Origin: Neophaeotheca triangularis
Lineage: Eukaryota
Direction: 5' to 3'
DNA length: 64,000 nt
NCBI GenBank assembly: GCA_054600435.1
Contig: BAAIJX010000020.1
Coordinates: 310,001 to 374,000 of the forward strand
Shown here: positions 39,931-52,113 of the stretch, piece by piece
How the letters are laid out: every line of letters begins with the position of its first letter
Position numbering within the stretch: position 1 is the stretch's first letter
Notes under the pieces: model-generated
Databases searched by the model: none
Told to the model about the DNA's origin: nothing
What the model saw: the letters and a program-made list of their open reading frames with translations, nothing else
Made by a program: the position numbers and the translations under genes

Positions 39931-41247
39931 TCACCCATCAACCCCCTCGTCCTTGCCATTCATCGTCAAAAAATGTAGCACAACAACCTGAAATGCCACT
40001 GCTCAACCGTAAAATCAAAAAAGTCAGCAACGAGCCACAAAGCCAAACGTCAATCCGCCAAACCCCCTTCCACTTTCCCCTCCTTCACAGTACACTCTTT
40101 AGATCAAAGCGAGGAGGTACTAACTCACCATCAGACATGCAAAGCAAATAACACATCCAGCCCTGCTCCTCCCCGCGAAACCGATACAGTAGCGTCAAAT
40201 TGACAATCGTCGGCACAAGGACGACGATGCCGCCCACGAGAGTGCGAGTGACCAGACTACGCAGACGGTGGTCGCGAGCTTCGCCTGGGCCCGGTCTAGT
40301 GGACGCGGGAGCAATGTCATGGGTCTGGTGGCGAGGTTGTTGTGATGGGGGACCGTGATGGTCATGGAGTGGTAGGAGTTCCACGCAGGTGGGAGGTCTT
40401 GCCGAAGTGTCTGTAGGTGGTTTGGAAGAAGGGGCGGCGGAGGTGCTGCTGCTGCTGCTGTAGCGGCTGGAGCCACCGCGAAGGTTTTGCTGGACAAGCG
40501 GTTGCCGGTGCAGTGTCGGCGCCGCGATGGAAGGGTAGCGTCGGCTTGGGGTTGTGGCGGCGCTTGTGCTCTTCTTGAGTCTGAGCAGTGGCCACAGGAG
40601 CGCGATGAAGACTCCGGTGAGAGCGATGTTGATCAAGATGTCGTAGGTGAGTAGCGGGATGGTAACTCTATAAGGGAGGCCGATGTGGCAGCGGCCATTG
40701 TCGCCACCGGCTAATTTGGCAATGGGGAACAACATGGCGACGATAGTGATGGCGCCGAAACCCAGCACAATGACAGCCGTGCTGGTGACCCACAGCCAGT
40801 CGTCCAGCCGACGGGAGTACTTCCATCGGATAATGTGTAAGCGCTCGAGGAGGAAGAGTTGCATGCATAATTTGGCTATGAAGTAGAAAGGCAGGCAGAC
40901 GTAGATTGCGGCGCGGCAGGCGGCGAGAGAGGTGTTCATTGGCAGTTCGAAGAACAAGATTGTCTGTGTGATGACCATGGAGAGGGCGAAGAGGTTGAGC
41001 AGGAGGACCAAAAGCTGTATGCAGGAGATGTGATGGAGGACATTGGGGCGGGACCGGAGGGCGCGGATACGAGAGCCTGAGAAGTAGAAAGGTTTGGCTG
41101 TTAGTTGGTTTTGGAAGGAAATACTCACAAGGGTGGCGCATCACCAAAAAGACTGGACAGTAGTATAATGTAGACGATTGAGGCTACTGTGAAGGCGACG
41201 GATGCGCTGCGCGATGCGTTTTCTCGATTCTGCCTCTCATCAAGCAT
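39931..41247 (-). CDS. Putative 7-TM integral membrane protein (GPCR-like); 3 exons
   Basis: Seven hydrophobic segments after splicing, FLLER motif, extracellular Cys pair, last exon VAFQVVVLHFLT. Exon-1 donor is ambiguous. Confidence 0.65.
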
Positions 41248-42490
41248 CGCAGAGGCATGGTAGAATCGAGGTGTCGAGCGCGCCTGTCCTTGTACAGAAG
41301 ATATCTGCTGCATGCCAGCCGATACATGTAGAGAGAGGGGGTACTAGTAGTTCTGTGATGCAGCGTCTAGGTAAGGCGAGGTGAGGTATGCGAGGATTGA
41401 AATGCCTTCAGGTCATCGCGTGGCGAGCCTACTGCGAGTTGGACATGATGATCAATCACCTCATGTTCTACTACTACATACCTTAGTATGTAGGTACCTA
41501 GGTGAGGTAAGGTAGGTAGTAGTTCAGATGGGCTGCAAGCGCCCCCCCTCGATAAACCTGGAATGTGCCTGCTATCCTCCCCGTGGCAATAATGGCGGCC
41601 GTATACCCACCTAGATACATGAGGTATGTTTGAGAAAGAGCTGAGGTGTTGCGAGGAGCACCTGGGCTTGTAAGGTGTACTGTACCAGTACTCTCACGTG
41701 ATACAGTATGGCAGGTGAAGCTGGATGCATAAGGTATACCTCCTACATATACACATACATAGTAATGTAATATACCTTGGGTAAGTTATCTTTCCGACAT
41801 CCGGATTCAACTTGTTCTACTGGTCACGACGGAGCCAGGTTGCCAAGAAATCCGCTGATATGGAGTCAGGGGTTAGGAGTCTAGAAGAGAGCTCGAGAAC
41901 TGTTCAACAGTTCTCGCTCCCGAACCGACTCGCCTCGATCAGATCAGTACAAAAAAAACCCCCCATCATCCCAATCTGGCATTGATCACCTTGTCTACCT
42001 TGTTGTTATTCAAGAACGACCCGATCGAAGCGAGACGAGCTGTCATTTCAATGTGAGACGCCACCACGCCGTGCACGGATGCGCTTCATATATCTCACAC
42101 TCGCCTGTACTCTTCTTCTGCGGCACGTGAGGCCCGTCTGGCGGCAACAATATCGCCATATTGCTTTCCCCCACCGCTGAACTTCCTACATCTCCCTACT
42201 ACTCGCGCTGCCAAGCAACCTCCTTTTTCGTGCAAGCATCTCGTCAGCTAAACGAAGCGAATGCCAAGCAAACGACAGCAATAAGACACCATCGAGGCAA
42301 AGATATATATATGTAGGTATACAGATGCAATGGCAACTACTCTCTTGCTTTTGCTCAGACCTACTCTACCATTCCCATTTGATCGCCTTTTCGCGTTTTT
42401 CGCTCAACCACCACTCTTTCATAGTCCTCTGGAGGACGTTACAGTCGTTTACTCAACATCAATCAACCAATCAAACCAATCAACCAAATC

Positions 42491-43876
42491 ATGCCTGCCA
42501 CCACTTCTTATGCCCTGCTGGCCAGCGGCATCGCATCCGTCGCCAATGCCTACACCCAGGTCAACGTTCCCTCTCCGTTCATGTACAAGAACATTGACCC
42601 CATTGTCTTCCCGGGTTCCTACACCAAATCCCACTTGCACTCCTTCTTCGGCTCCGACTCGGTGACGGCTTCCACCACGCAGAGTGAGGAGCTCCGTCAA
42701 GGCTGCTCCAATGCCGAGAACGTTGAGGACTTGTCCGTCTACTGGACACCTACCTTGTTGTACGACAACGGCGGTACCTGGGAGCCTGTACCCATCATGA
42801 GGTTCTCCGCCTACTACGGATTGGGTGACAACGGCGCTGGTAAGGCAGATGTTGCACTGACGCATATCACGCAATCCTAACTTCTTCTTCTAGACGTTCC
42901 GTTCCCCGAGGACTTCCAGATGGTCGCCGGTGATGCCAACGCCCAAACTCCCGAAGACCAGCCAACAGAAGCGGCCAGCGAATGGTTTTGCGAAGGCGAC
43001 GACTGGAAGGGCGCCGACGCGAACGGCTTCCCAGCTGAAGGCTGCTCCGTCAACCTGCAGCAACTCCTCTACTTCCCCCAGTGCGTCAACATGGACACTC
43101 TGGAGTACGCCTACAAGCGCGGCCGTCCCGGTGCCTACTACGAGTGCCCCGATGGCATGCAAGCCGTCCCTCAACTCCGCTTTTCCATCCGCTACGACAT
43201 GCGTGACATCCTGCCCAACGGCTGGTCTGGCGAGGCGCCCCTCATGCTCGCTTCTGGAAACGCCTACTCCAGCCACGGCGACTTCATCAACGGCTGGACC
43301 AAGGCTGGTGGCGAGTCCCTCGTCCAGGCGACGTCCGACAAGCACGACTTCCAGAACATCCTCGGCGGCAGCCAGACCATGAACTGCGACACCCGTGACG
43401 CCGAGCCTGACCAGGGTGTCAGCACCCACGCCGAGTCTGTGCCTTTGATGGAGGGTTCTAGCGATGAGGAGGTCGAGACCAACCAGGCTACTGTCGAGAC
43501 TACTACCGAGACTACCGAAACCACTGAGACCGCTCCTTCTGACGAGGCCACCGCGTCGGCGCCGTCCCCATCGTCTTCGGCTCCTTCCACTGAGGCTCCT
43601 TCTACAGAAGAGCCCGAGGCGCCCTCGAGCGAGGCTCCTTCCACCGAGACTCCCTCCACTGAAGCCCCCTCCACCGAGACTCCCTCTACCGAAGCCCCCT
43701 CTACCGAAGCCCCTTCCACTGAAGCCCCTTCCACCGACTCTAGCAACGAGTCCTCCCCCTCTGGCCCCGCGACCAAATACCACCAGTGCGGCGGCAGCGG
43801 CTACAACGGCCCCACCTCTTGCGAGTCGGGCTGCTCATGCAAGGAAGTCAACGCGTGGTACTCTCAGTGCTTGTAA
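42491..43876 (+). CDS. Secreted DUF1996 protein with Ser/Thr/Pro linker and C-terminal CBM1; intron 42840-42893
   Basis: Signal peptide, IDPIVFPG..SHLHSFFG, DLSVYWTP, FPQC, HGDFINGW, EAPST repeats and QCGGSGYNGPTSC...WYSQCL. Confidence 0.92.
43582..43736 (+). repeat. Degenerate 15-bp coding tandem repeat (E-A/T-P-S-T)n linker
   Basis: About 10 copies of variants of GAAGCCCCYTCYACY. Confidence 0.85.
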
Positions 43877-45119
43877 GGGAAGCGGAGTAACAGGAAGAAG
43901 GTAAACGGGTTAGTGAAAAGCATGTAGACGACTCGGGAGGATCAGGCTGTGTGTGTGCAGTTGATGGATGTGGATACGGAACCAAGTGTGGTGTATAATA
44001 AACATGATAGGGCAGATTTGTTTGTCAGTTTTTTGTCCTTTCTTTTTCACTTGCTCGTTGCCTTCTGGCTCCTCCCAATCGCCATTAAATCCTTACCGAT
44101 TTTCCCATGAAAGTGGAAGCGCATCCATCATCTCATCTCGATGCAGAGGCAGGTTTTCGCACTTCTCTCGGCCCAGAACTAGGTACCAACCTCATGTGCA
44201 AGGCCCATCAAACGCCTCTTCCTCAAGCACGACCTTTTGCAAATGCCGAAGAGCACACTTGTAACTGCCGAAGCCATTTTCACGTTCTTTTGTTATGAGT
44301 TACCTAAAGTAAGGTACCCTGTCAAGTGAACGTTGCTTTTTGGCTTTTGCGGTGCGGGTCGCCACACGCGGTGGCACCGATTTTTTGACTTTACCTTTGG
44401 CTTTGGAAATATCTCCCCGTGGACGGCTCGGCATTTAGGTGACATCTGCCGAGATGACGAACACTTTTTTCTTTCCCCGATGAACCTCAATGTTGATGAA
44501 GCTTTTGTGTCTATATGCCTACCTATCTCCCTATTCATTATTGCAGGTTATGACAGTCACGACAACCTTGACCGACGAGATCAAGGTACGTTTGAGCGTG
44601 AGGCGTTGGCTCGGCCCGTTTTTACGATTTCTTCTAGAGTGCCGAGACTGATGTCGCGGGATACATGTACAGTAGTACCTCCGTACTACGTCCTCCTGCT
44701 CGGGACTACGTCGCCTATATATGCATGTTGATGGACAGGCCCGAGTCGGTACCGTACCGGCAACAATAATGTTAATGTTAATAATGTAGTCCGTTCAGAT
44801 CCCCTGATGCCCTCATCTCGCTTGCTGAATGCTCACTTCCGCATGATTATTACTTCATCGCCTGCTCATTCTTGGTCCCTAGGAGGCAGGTTCCGAGGTA
44901 CGCTCGTCGTCACCTGCATATCGATCTGTATGATGGCCTTGGTGGAGGTAATTTGGTCGAGTGGACCCTCGCAGATCAAGATATCATTAGATATGATTCC
45001 CCTGTTATAAAGATTTGTTTGAATCCTTCGCGCCCTTTCCCACCACCCTTTCTTGTCTTTTGATCGTGTTGCATTGCATATTCACCTCGTGAACTCGCAA
45101 ATTCAATAATAACTCAGTC

Positions 45120-46616
45120 ATGTGGCGTTCACAAATCCTCCCAGCCTTCCTGGCCCTTTCGCAATCATCCTCTGCCGCCATCCTGTACCAAGGCGCCACG
45201 GTCATCTCATACGACCACGAGGCCGACAGGTTTGAGCCTCTCGAGAATGCTTCGCTGCTGATCGAGGGCGACACCATCTCTCAACTATGCGCTGGTCCGC
45301 CCGACTTTGATGTCCCTGGCAACACCACCCACATCAATGCCACGGACAAGATCATTAGCCCAGGCTTCATCGACACCCACCACCATCTTTGGCAAACTGC
45401 TTACAAGACCATTGCATCCAACACCACTCTCGGCGAGTATTTTGACCGCTATGGCGCCTACAGCCCTGCCCAGTTCCAGTTTACGCCAGAGGACAACTAC
45501 CTTGGCCAGCTCGTTGGCAGCTTGGAGTTGTTGTACGATGGTACGACTACCGTCCTGGACCACGCTCACGGTGGTTTCTCCGAGGACCACATCGACGGTA
45601 TGGTAGACGCCATGGTCGAAAGTGGAGTCCGTGCCGTGTATGCGCAGAGTGTAGACCAGTACGAAAACGACTACACCTTTGAGAGGCAGATAGAGAAGCT
45701 CCAGGAGCTCACAAACGACACTCGCTTCGACAATGACCTGTTGGATCTCGGTTTCGCCTTTGACGGCTTCACCACGTATTCTGAGTCGAACGTCAGCACT
45801 GTGTGGGACATTGTCTCCAGCAACAACGTCTCAGCAATCACAACCCACTACCTAGGTGGCCCCTGGTCCTTCGCCAACAGCCCCGAGCTCCTCGACAGCC
45901 TCAACTGGCTCAACACCTCCATCCCCGTCATCTTCTCCCACGCCTCCTTCCTCAACCGCGCCGACGCCCGCCTCCTGCGCTCCACAAACCAATACGTCTC
46001 CACCACCCCCGAGTCCGAACAACACTATGGCCACAACCACCCGCACGCCGAGCAGATCCAAGACCAAGCCGCGCTGGGCATTGACACCCACTTTACCTTC
46101 GGTAGCAGCATGGTGCAGCAAGCGCGCTCCTGGCTGCAAACCCTGCGCGCCCGCGCTTTCGAAAAAGTCGTCGACGGCGAATGGCTGATTCCGCGCAACA
46201 ACCCCATGTCCGTGCACCAAGCTTTCCGCCTCATCACCCGCAGTGGAGGCCTCGCCCTCCGCCGTCCAGACTTAGGCATCATCGCCCCGGGCGCCAAAGC
46301 CGACCTCGTCGTCTTCGACACTAGCGCCCCCAACATGATCGGCTGGAGCGATCCCATCGCCGCTATCATCTTGCACTCTCAGACGGGCGACATGCAGGAC
46401 GTCATGGTTGGCGGCAACTTCGCAAAGCGCGATGGGAAACTCGTCTATCCCGATTATGCTGGCTTGGCTGGGCGTTTCAAGCAGTCCGCTCAGCGTATCC
46501 AGCGCGTCTGGGCCGAGAGGGAGTGGGAGCCGCTTGAGGGCGAGTTCCAGGGCTTTACCCCCTGGGCCGATGTTCCCGAGATTGATGTTCTCAGGGGTGA
46601 GGGGACGGGGTATTAG
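45120..46616 (+). CDS. Secreted amidohydrolase-superfamily protein (MTA/SAH deaminase-like)
   Basis: Signal peptide, PGFIDTHHH metal motif, GTTTVLDHAH, LGIDT and G.IAPGAKADLVV. Confidence 0.88.
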   Translation: MWRSQILPAFLALSQSSSAAILYQGATVISYDHEADRFEPLENASLLIEGDTISQLCAGPPDFDVPGNTTHINATDKIISPGFIDTHHHLWQTAYKTIASNTTLGEYFDRYGAYSPAQFQFTPEDNYLGQLVGSLELLYDGTTTVLDHAHGGFSEDHIDGMVDAMVESGVRAVYAQSVDQYENDYTFERQIEKLQELTNDTRFDNDLLDLGFAFDGFTTYSESNVSTVWDIVSSNNVSAITTHYLGGPWSFANSPELLDSLNWLNTSIPVIFSHASFLNRADARLLRSTNQYVSTTPESEQHYGHNHPHAEQIQDQAALGIDTHFTFGSSMVQQARSWLQTLRARAFEKVVDGEWLIPRNNPMSVHQAFRLITRSGGLALRRPDLGIIAPGAKADLVVFDTSAPNMIGWSDPIAAIILHSQTGDMQDVMVGGNFAKRDGKLVYPDYAGLAGRFKQSAQRIQRVWAEREWEPLEGEFQGFTPWADVPEIDVLRGEGTGY

Positions 46617-47080
46617 GGAGAAGGGTTTAGTGCCCTGTTGTATAAAGTAATACTTTTGTACAAGAGAATACTCACATTAAACAGTTCAAATCTCATCCTC
46701 ACTTAGAACCGCACGGACCGATTCTCATACATGATCGAAGGAGCGGCTTGTAAGGCGCTTTCTTGTAGACAAGTATGGATAACATGTTGTCGAGGTGTGA
46801 AAGGTGCGTCAAGGACGATTCGAGTACTTGTGAAAGATAAAGAACGAGCGGCAAAAACCAAGATGCTTGCCCATCAAGGTGTTGAGAGGACCCGACCATG
46901 ATATAGACTCTGATACCCTAAGAAGTATGGAAAGCCACCACACACATATCTCCCCATTGCTATCGGAAAATCAGGCCGTGGGCATCGGAAAATTCGCTCC
47001 AAAGACGCCAGCCGGTTGAATAGAGACGAGGACCTTCAATGTCATTACCACGTACTTTTCTCACAAAACCCACATCGAAG

Positions 47081-49711
47081 CTAATCCTCCAACAAAGCCT
47101 CAGCATACCTCCTCTCCGCCACCCTCCGCATCACTCCCCTCGGCGCCCGACAGCCGGTGAATAGCTCAAACTGCGCAAAAGCCTGCTCAGGCAGCATATC
47201 AAACCCATCCATCAAAACCCAGCCCTCATCCGCCAAAGGCCGTATTTGCAACACCACGGGCGTCACTGCTGGTTTCTGAGCTAGCTCTACTACCACTCCT
47301 CCCGTTGGACTGTGGAGCCAGTGCTTCGGGAGCGTGAAATTCGGCGCTTCGGAACCGTCGGTGGAGATTGCCGGAATGCCCACGACGATCATTGTCGGGG
47401 GTGCCAAAGCTCGTGGCCAGGCGTCGGTGAGGCTGTCCATGACACGTATCTGTGCGTTTCCGGGCTCGACGCCGGCGAGGGTGCTGCGAGTGGCCACGAG
47501 CTTCGTGTAGTGGTCCACAAGCGCTTGGGCGTTGCTTTTGATGCGGTTCCACACCATCACGTTCTTGACGCCCAGCGAGAGCATCGAGTAGACGGCTGCG
47601 CGCGCCATGCCGCCGGCGCCACAGACTAGGCCCGTGCTGTGAGGCCGGACGGAGTTGGCCGGGGAGAGGCCTTTGCGTAGGCAGGCGCGGATGCCTATCC
47701 AGTCGCTGTTGTCGCCGTAGAGGGCTTTGACCGGGCCGCGACGGTTGCGCTGCTGGATGATGGAGAGTTCAGAGGGGATGGCTTCGGCGCCGTTGGCGTC
47801 TTTCCCGAGCTCGCGGATGGGGATGATGGTGTTGACGGCGCCAATGGCCCGGGCGTGGGGGCTTAGGGCGTCAATGAGAGGGATCACGTTGGCTTTGAAA
47901 GGCTGCGCGATGGCTGCGCCGCCGAACGTCTCGGCTTTCATGATTTTTGTCAGGTCTTTCAGGGTTTGTGAGGAGTGTGCTGCGTATGCGTGCGGCATTC
48001 CACAGGCTTGATATGCGGCGTTGTGCATGGCTGGTGATGTGGAATAGGCGACTCTTGCACCATAGACCGTGAATTGCATTGGCTCCTGCAAAAAGGTAGC
48101 ATATCGAGCCTGGATTAACGATGGTGCGGTGGACAACGCAGTTTCAGGCCCGTCGGTCTGGTCGCTTGAGCGAGGTCGTACTGGTTGCAAGACTTTGTTG
48201 AAACAGCGAGAGCTTCGTCCGTATGACCCGCTACAATAGAGACTAAGCGTAGGCCGCGCATGCTCGCGTTCGATAGATTGCCGGAAAGTATGCATCGTAA
48301 AGCAATCATCGTGCGAATGCGCAGGAAGCACCAATCTCACAACGTCGCAACCAAGACTCAATGCATGCAAGAAGGCTTCGCTGCAGTCTCGACTCAGCCA
48401 GCCTTGGGTAGGTCTTTCAGTCCAAGTCTGCGCGCCAATGATCTTCGTGCCTCCTTTACATCGCAGAAGCCGCCGCAGGCTTTTGGCTTCCATGTCCAAT
48501 GCAACAGTCACAAACTCCGGTCCAAGTCGAAGCGATGTGTCTACAAGACGCAGAGCAGTGGCGTGGTCGTTTTGACTGACAACGGAATCTATCGTCAATG
48601 CAATCGGAAGGATGGTCATGCGTCGTACAATTGCGAAGGCCTTGGAGACTTGCACATCCGAAGATACACGAGAGTCATCGATGGCGATCTCGAGCAAGTC
48701 GCACCCTACTTGAGCGTCCTCGAGATCCAGGGAGCCGGAGAGCAATTCTGAAATGTTCACCCTGAGTGCATGCGTGTAGGACAAGTCCTCCAATGGTATC
48801 TGGGCCAATGGGTAAGCAGAGCGATGGGATGGTCCGCGGCTATGGTCGCCGAAGATATTTCTGAGGAGTTTCAAGAAGTCATGCTCGACACCTTTCAAGG
48901 TCAAAAACGGCTGAACGGAGCGCCTTTGATTCGGAGAGCTTTCGTCATAGTTCTGTTCCGAGGCTGAGGAGGAAGGCTTCTTTTTGGTAGTGTTGAGATA
49001 GCTGAAATTGGAGCATGCTCGCACTCGTTTCATTCGAGATCTGGCTTGCTCCGAACCAGCTCTTTCTCGACCCTCTTCGGCTCCGAGCTCATTGCGCGGG
49101 CCAGTACGATCTGTCGTAACGTGGATAACGGGGTGCTTTTCTGCGAATAACTGGATCTTTTGACAGCTGGCACCGTCCAGATCGGTGAGAGATGCTACAA
49201 TGACAGCATTGGTCTCGTGTGATAGCAGCGTCCTCTCAACGATCTCAGTCCGCTTTCGAGCGTATGTTGAGGGCCCATGCTGCCTGCAAAAGTCATCCGT
49301 TGATGCTCCAGTAGCTTTGGCGAAGGCGTAATCTATTTCGACCACGTTGCGACCATATGCGATTGCCGCTAGTATAGCGAGTGTGCTCTTGCCTACGCGT
49401 CTGTCGCCTACCAGGAGAATAGATGCGTTGGCGTGGAAAGATTCGGGACATGGTCGTTTTAAAACGGCCTCAGCTGTAGAATTCAGTCAGCTGGGAGCTC
49501 GGGGACGGTAATATGGGTCGAGGAGTATACAGGCATTGGTTCCAGATAATACTTCAGGGCTCTTGTCAGGGGTTGTGGGTGAAGAAGTGCGCGAGGGGCG
49601 CCAGGTCGAGGTCGTCGGCGCTGCTGCGGTGTCGATTTGGGTTCCTGGGCTTGCTTCTCGCATTTGCGCGTATGTGCGCTTGAGCGAGCGGGTTTTGCCA
49701 CCGTCGGACAT
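47081..49711 (-). CDS. qutR: Quinate pathway repressor QutR/QA-1S-like (shikimate kinase-like + DHQase I-like + shikimate dehydrogenase-like); probable intron 49530-49474
   Basis: P-loop-like VGDRRVGKST, SPAMHNAAY, QPFK, IGAVNT, DNSDWIGI, GAGGMARAA and PEQAFAQFELFTG. Divergent from a QutA-like gene. Confidence 0.85.
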
Positions 49712-49852
49712 TATGTGTGGATTGTCTGTTCATCCATCGAGTTTTGACAACAGTCGAGAATGACAAACACAGCCTATTAGTGGTCAAGGATAAGGTGGCT
49801 TGCAGACAATCAAGTCAAGTGAACTACTACTGTACTCCCGTCTTTTCTAGCC

Positions 49853-49868
49853 GGGACTGGGTTTACCC
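49853..49868. promoter_or_regulatory. Candidate QA-1F/QutA binding site GGGACTGGGTTTACCC
   Basis: 12/16 match to the Neurospora QA-1F consensus GGRTAARYRYTTAYCC, flanked by CC/GG, in the qutR-qutA divergent promoter. Confidence 0.45.
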
Positions 49869-50063
49869 GGCTTCTCGGCGTACATTATCGATGTTGCGGG
49901 GTTACATGTTGCTGACCGGATATCTCTTCAAGAACCTCATACCTAAGGTATGTTACTGTACCTAGCCTAAGCTAATCCATTCGTCAATTGGCCCCCCGAA
50001 AGTGGGAAATTACTTTGCTGTTTGGTTGGAAGGCTCCTAGTTGGCAGGCAATCGGTCTATATA

Positions 50064-51797
50064 ATGCCAACAACGACCGGAGACAACAACCCACGCACGC
50101 CACGGGGAAGCAAGAGGCCAGCCCCAGATCCCGCACGGAGAGATAGTACGCTCGCCAATTCGCAGGCGAAACGCACGAGAGTGACGAGAGCGTGCGATTC
50201 GTGTCGAGCAACTCGCGAGAAATGTGACGGCAAACGTCCAATGTGCGGCACTTGCGAAACCCAGCAGAGATCCTGCGCCTGGGATGAACCATCAAAGAAG
50301 CGTGGAATCCAACCCAACTACATCAAGTCCCTCGAGTTGACCCTAGCATGGCTCTTCAGCCGATTTCCCGCCTGCGAGGAGCACCTGGCAAAATGCCTTC
50401 CCGATGTTGACGGGCCAGCCTACAAGCTCATCGGCAGCAAGGACGCGGTAGCGGCTGAGGACCTTCACCAAGCCTGGCGCGCTGGTATTGTGAGTAAACA
50501 GTTGGAACAAGTCCTCTCCGGGGCTGCAGTAGACCAGCCCACCCCTATACAGTCCGTTCAAATTTCGGTACCTTCTACACAGAGACTGGACCAAGTGGTC
50601 GCCTCGTCGAATCCTGGAGTCGAGGAGAGTGCGTGCACGCAACCCTCTACAGCAGAGCTGCCCGACAATGCTTGGACGCTGCTCGAATATTACTTTGCGT
50701 ACACCCACAGCTGGCTTCCGTTTGTTGGCAAGCACGAGCTACTAAAGGCAATGTATTCCCTCCCTACTGGAACTCGCCTCGAAGATACCGTTGCCGCGGA
50801 CCACACCGACCTGTTCAGCATCTTTGCCGTAGCAGCAACGCAGATACATCGTGGTCAAGGAGGCACGCCACCAACACAACTGCAAGCGGATGCCAGGAGA
50901 CTCTTGGGCCAGCAGTTCGACCAGACCTCTTCCATCACCAGCTACCTCCTTCATGCGTTACTCGACATGTTGGATAATCGCCATCTAAGCGCATGGCTTC
51001 ATCTCGGGACAGTGCAGCGTCTCTTGTCATATCCACATCCGATCAACAAGGCGAGCTCGTCTCCCCTGGGGGACCGCTACAAGCGGGTCAACATTGCAGC
51101 AGCTTTACTTGAAAATGCGTTGGCTGCAAAATTGTCCACCGTTGCTCAGTTCGGCGTGGCGGAGACTACACAAGCTCATTTTGTTAGCGAAGAAGGAGAT
51201 GAAGAATGGGCACCATGGAAAGACCCACTGTACAATTCGAGTCCGGCTCTGCAAAAGTCCCCAGTGCAATCATGCAGCACTTTCAACCGACTGATCCGCA
51301 TGCTACTGAGCGATCGCGAGCCCTCGGATGACATTCGGACAGCACCCATGAACTCTGCAAGCAACCTTGTCTCACAGCTGTTGCGCAATGCTTGTCAACC
51401 CTGCGATAGACAACGACCAGCCACAATTGTCGCTGGATTTCGAAACACCGACATTCACATTTTCCCAGGCTCCGGTGGTGAGCCCGCCAGTGGACAACAC
51501 CATGAGAGTGGTTCAGCCTCCCGAGACCAGCCCTCACAGCCGGGTTTTGTCGACACGACGATGCTAACCGCTCCTCCAAACATTGACAGTAGTAACGATC
51601 ACATCGAGCCTCAAATGTCGGGAACTGATGATATTGGTATGGCGCAACAAACCGACAACATGGCGTTCCCGGTTCAAGACAATGCCCTCATCGACTTCAC
51701 GAGCTACAATGACATCTTTTGCAACTATACAGATAGCCAATTTCTGAGGAACTTGGGGTTCCGCCCTGACTTCAACGATACGGACTTTCCGGAGTAA
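50064..51797 (+). CDS. qutA: Zn2Cys6 transcription factor, quinate utilisation activator QutA/QA-1F-like
   Basis: RVTRACDSCR..REKCDG..P.C..C......C.....KKRG....YI..LEL and C-terminal SQFLRNLG. Head-to-head with the qutR-like gene. Confidence 0.82.
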   Translation: MPTTTGDNNPRTPRGSKRPAPDPARRDSTLANSQAKRTRVTRACDSCRATREKCDGKRPMCGTCETQQRSCAWDEPSKKRGIQPNYIKSLELTLAWLFSRFPACEEHLAKCLPDVDGPAYKLIGSKDAVAAEDLHQAWRAGIVSKQLEQVLSGAAVDQPTPIQSVQISVPSTQRLDQVVASSNPGVEESACTQPSTAELPDNAWTLLEYYFAYTHSWLPFVGKHELLKAMYSLPTGTRLEDTVAADHTDLFSIFAVAATQIHRGQGGTPPTQLQADARRLLGQQFDQTSSITSYLLHALLDMLDNRHLSAWLHLGTVQRLLSYPHPINKASSSPLGDRYKRVNIAAALLENALAAKLSTVAQFGVAETTQAHFVSEEGDEEWAPWKDPLYNSSPALQKSPVQSCSTFNRLIRMLLSDREPSDDIRTAPMNSASNLVSQLLRNACQPCDRQRPATIVAGFRNTDIHIFPGSGGEPASGQHHESGSASRDQPSQPGFVDTTMLTAPPNIDSSNDHIEPQMSGTDDIGMAQQTDNMAFPVQDNALIDFTSYNDIFCNYTDSQFLRNLGFRPDFNDTDFPE

Positions 51798-52113
51798 ATA
51801 GTGTAGCTTCTTGGCTAGGGATCGAAGGACTGGACTTTTGCCGGTGGTCGCCATTGCCTCGCTCCGTCCGGAATAGTCATACTTCACGCCTGTGAATCTC
51901 TTGCTTCAGTCCATGCTCTTGCTCGCTGTCGATTCGGTCGGCTGTGAGCCTTTACGACGGCATACGACGGCCGAATGACTTTTTTCATTCTCGAAGTATG
52001 AGACGATTTGTCCCATGGAGGCATACACTAACTCTACCACTTCAACGCTGGACCCTGTATGGTAATCCTCTCGATCCGGAACCGCCTTGAAGCGTTCTCG
52101 CTGTTCCAACGCA

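Noticed and set aside
42890..43904. Long antisense and alternate-frame ORFs over DUF1996-CBM1 (similar ones over the methyltransferase, INPP5B and AT-hook genes)
   Set aside because: Shadows of GC-rich codon bias and repeats, with no independent motifs.
49484..49489. TGA-CTG in frame between the qutR first ORF and the main ORF, resembling a readthrough context
   Set aside because: The TGA is part of a GCTGAC branch site in a plausible 57-nt intron (GTATAC 49530 to CAG 49474) that removes it in frame.
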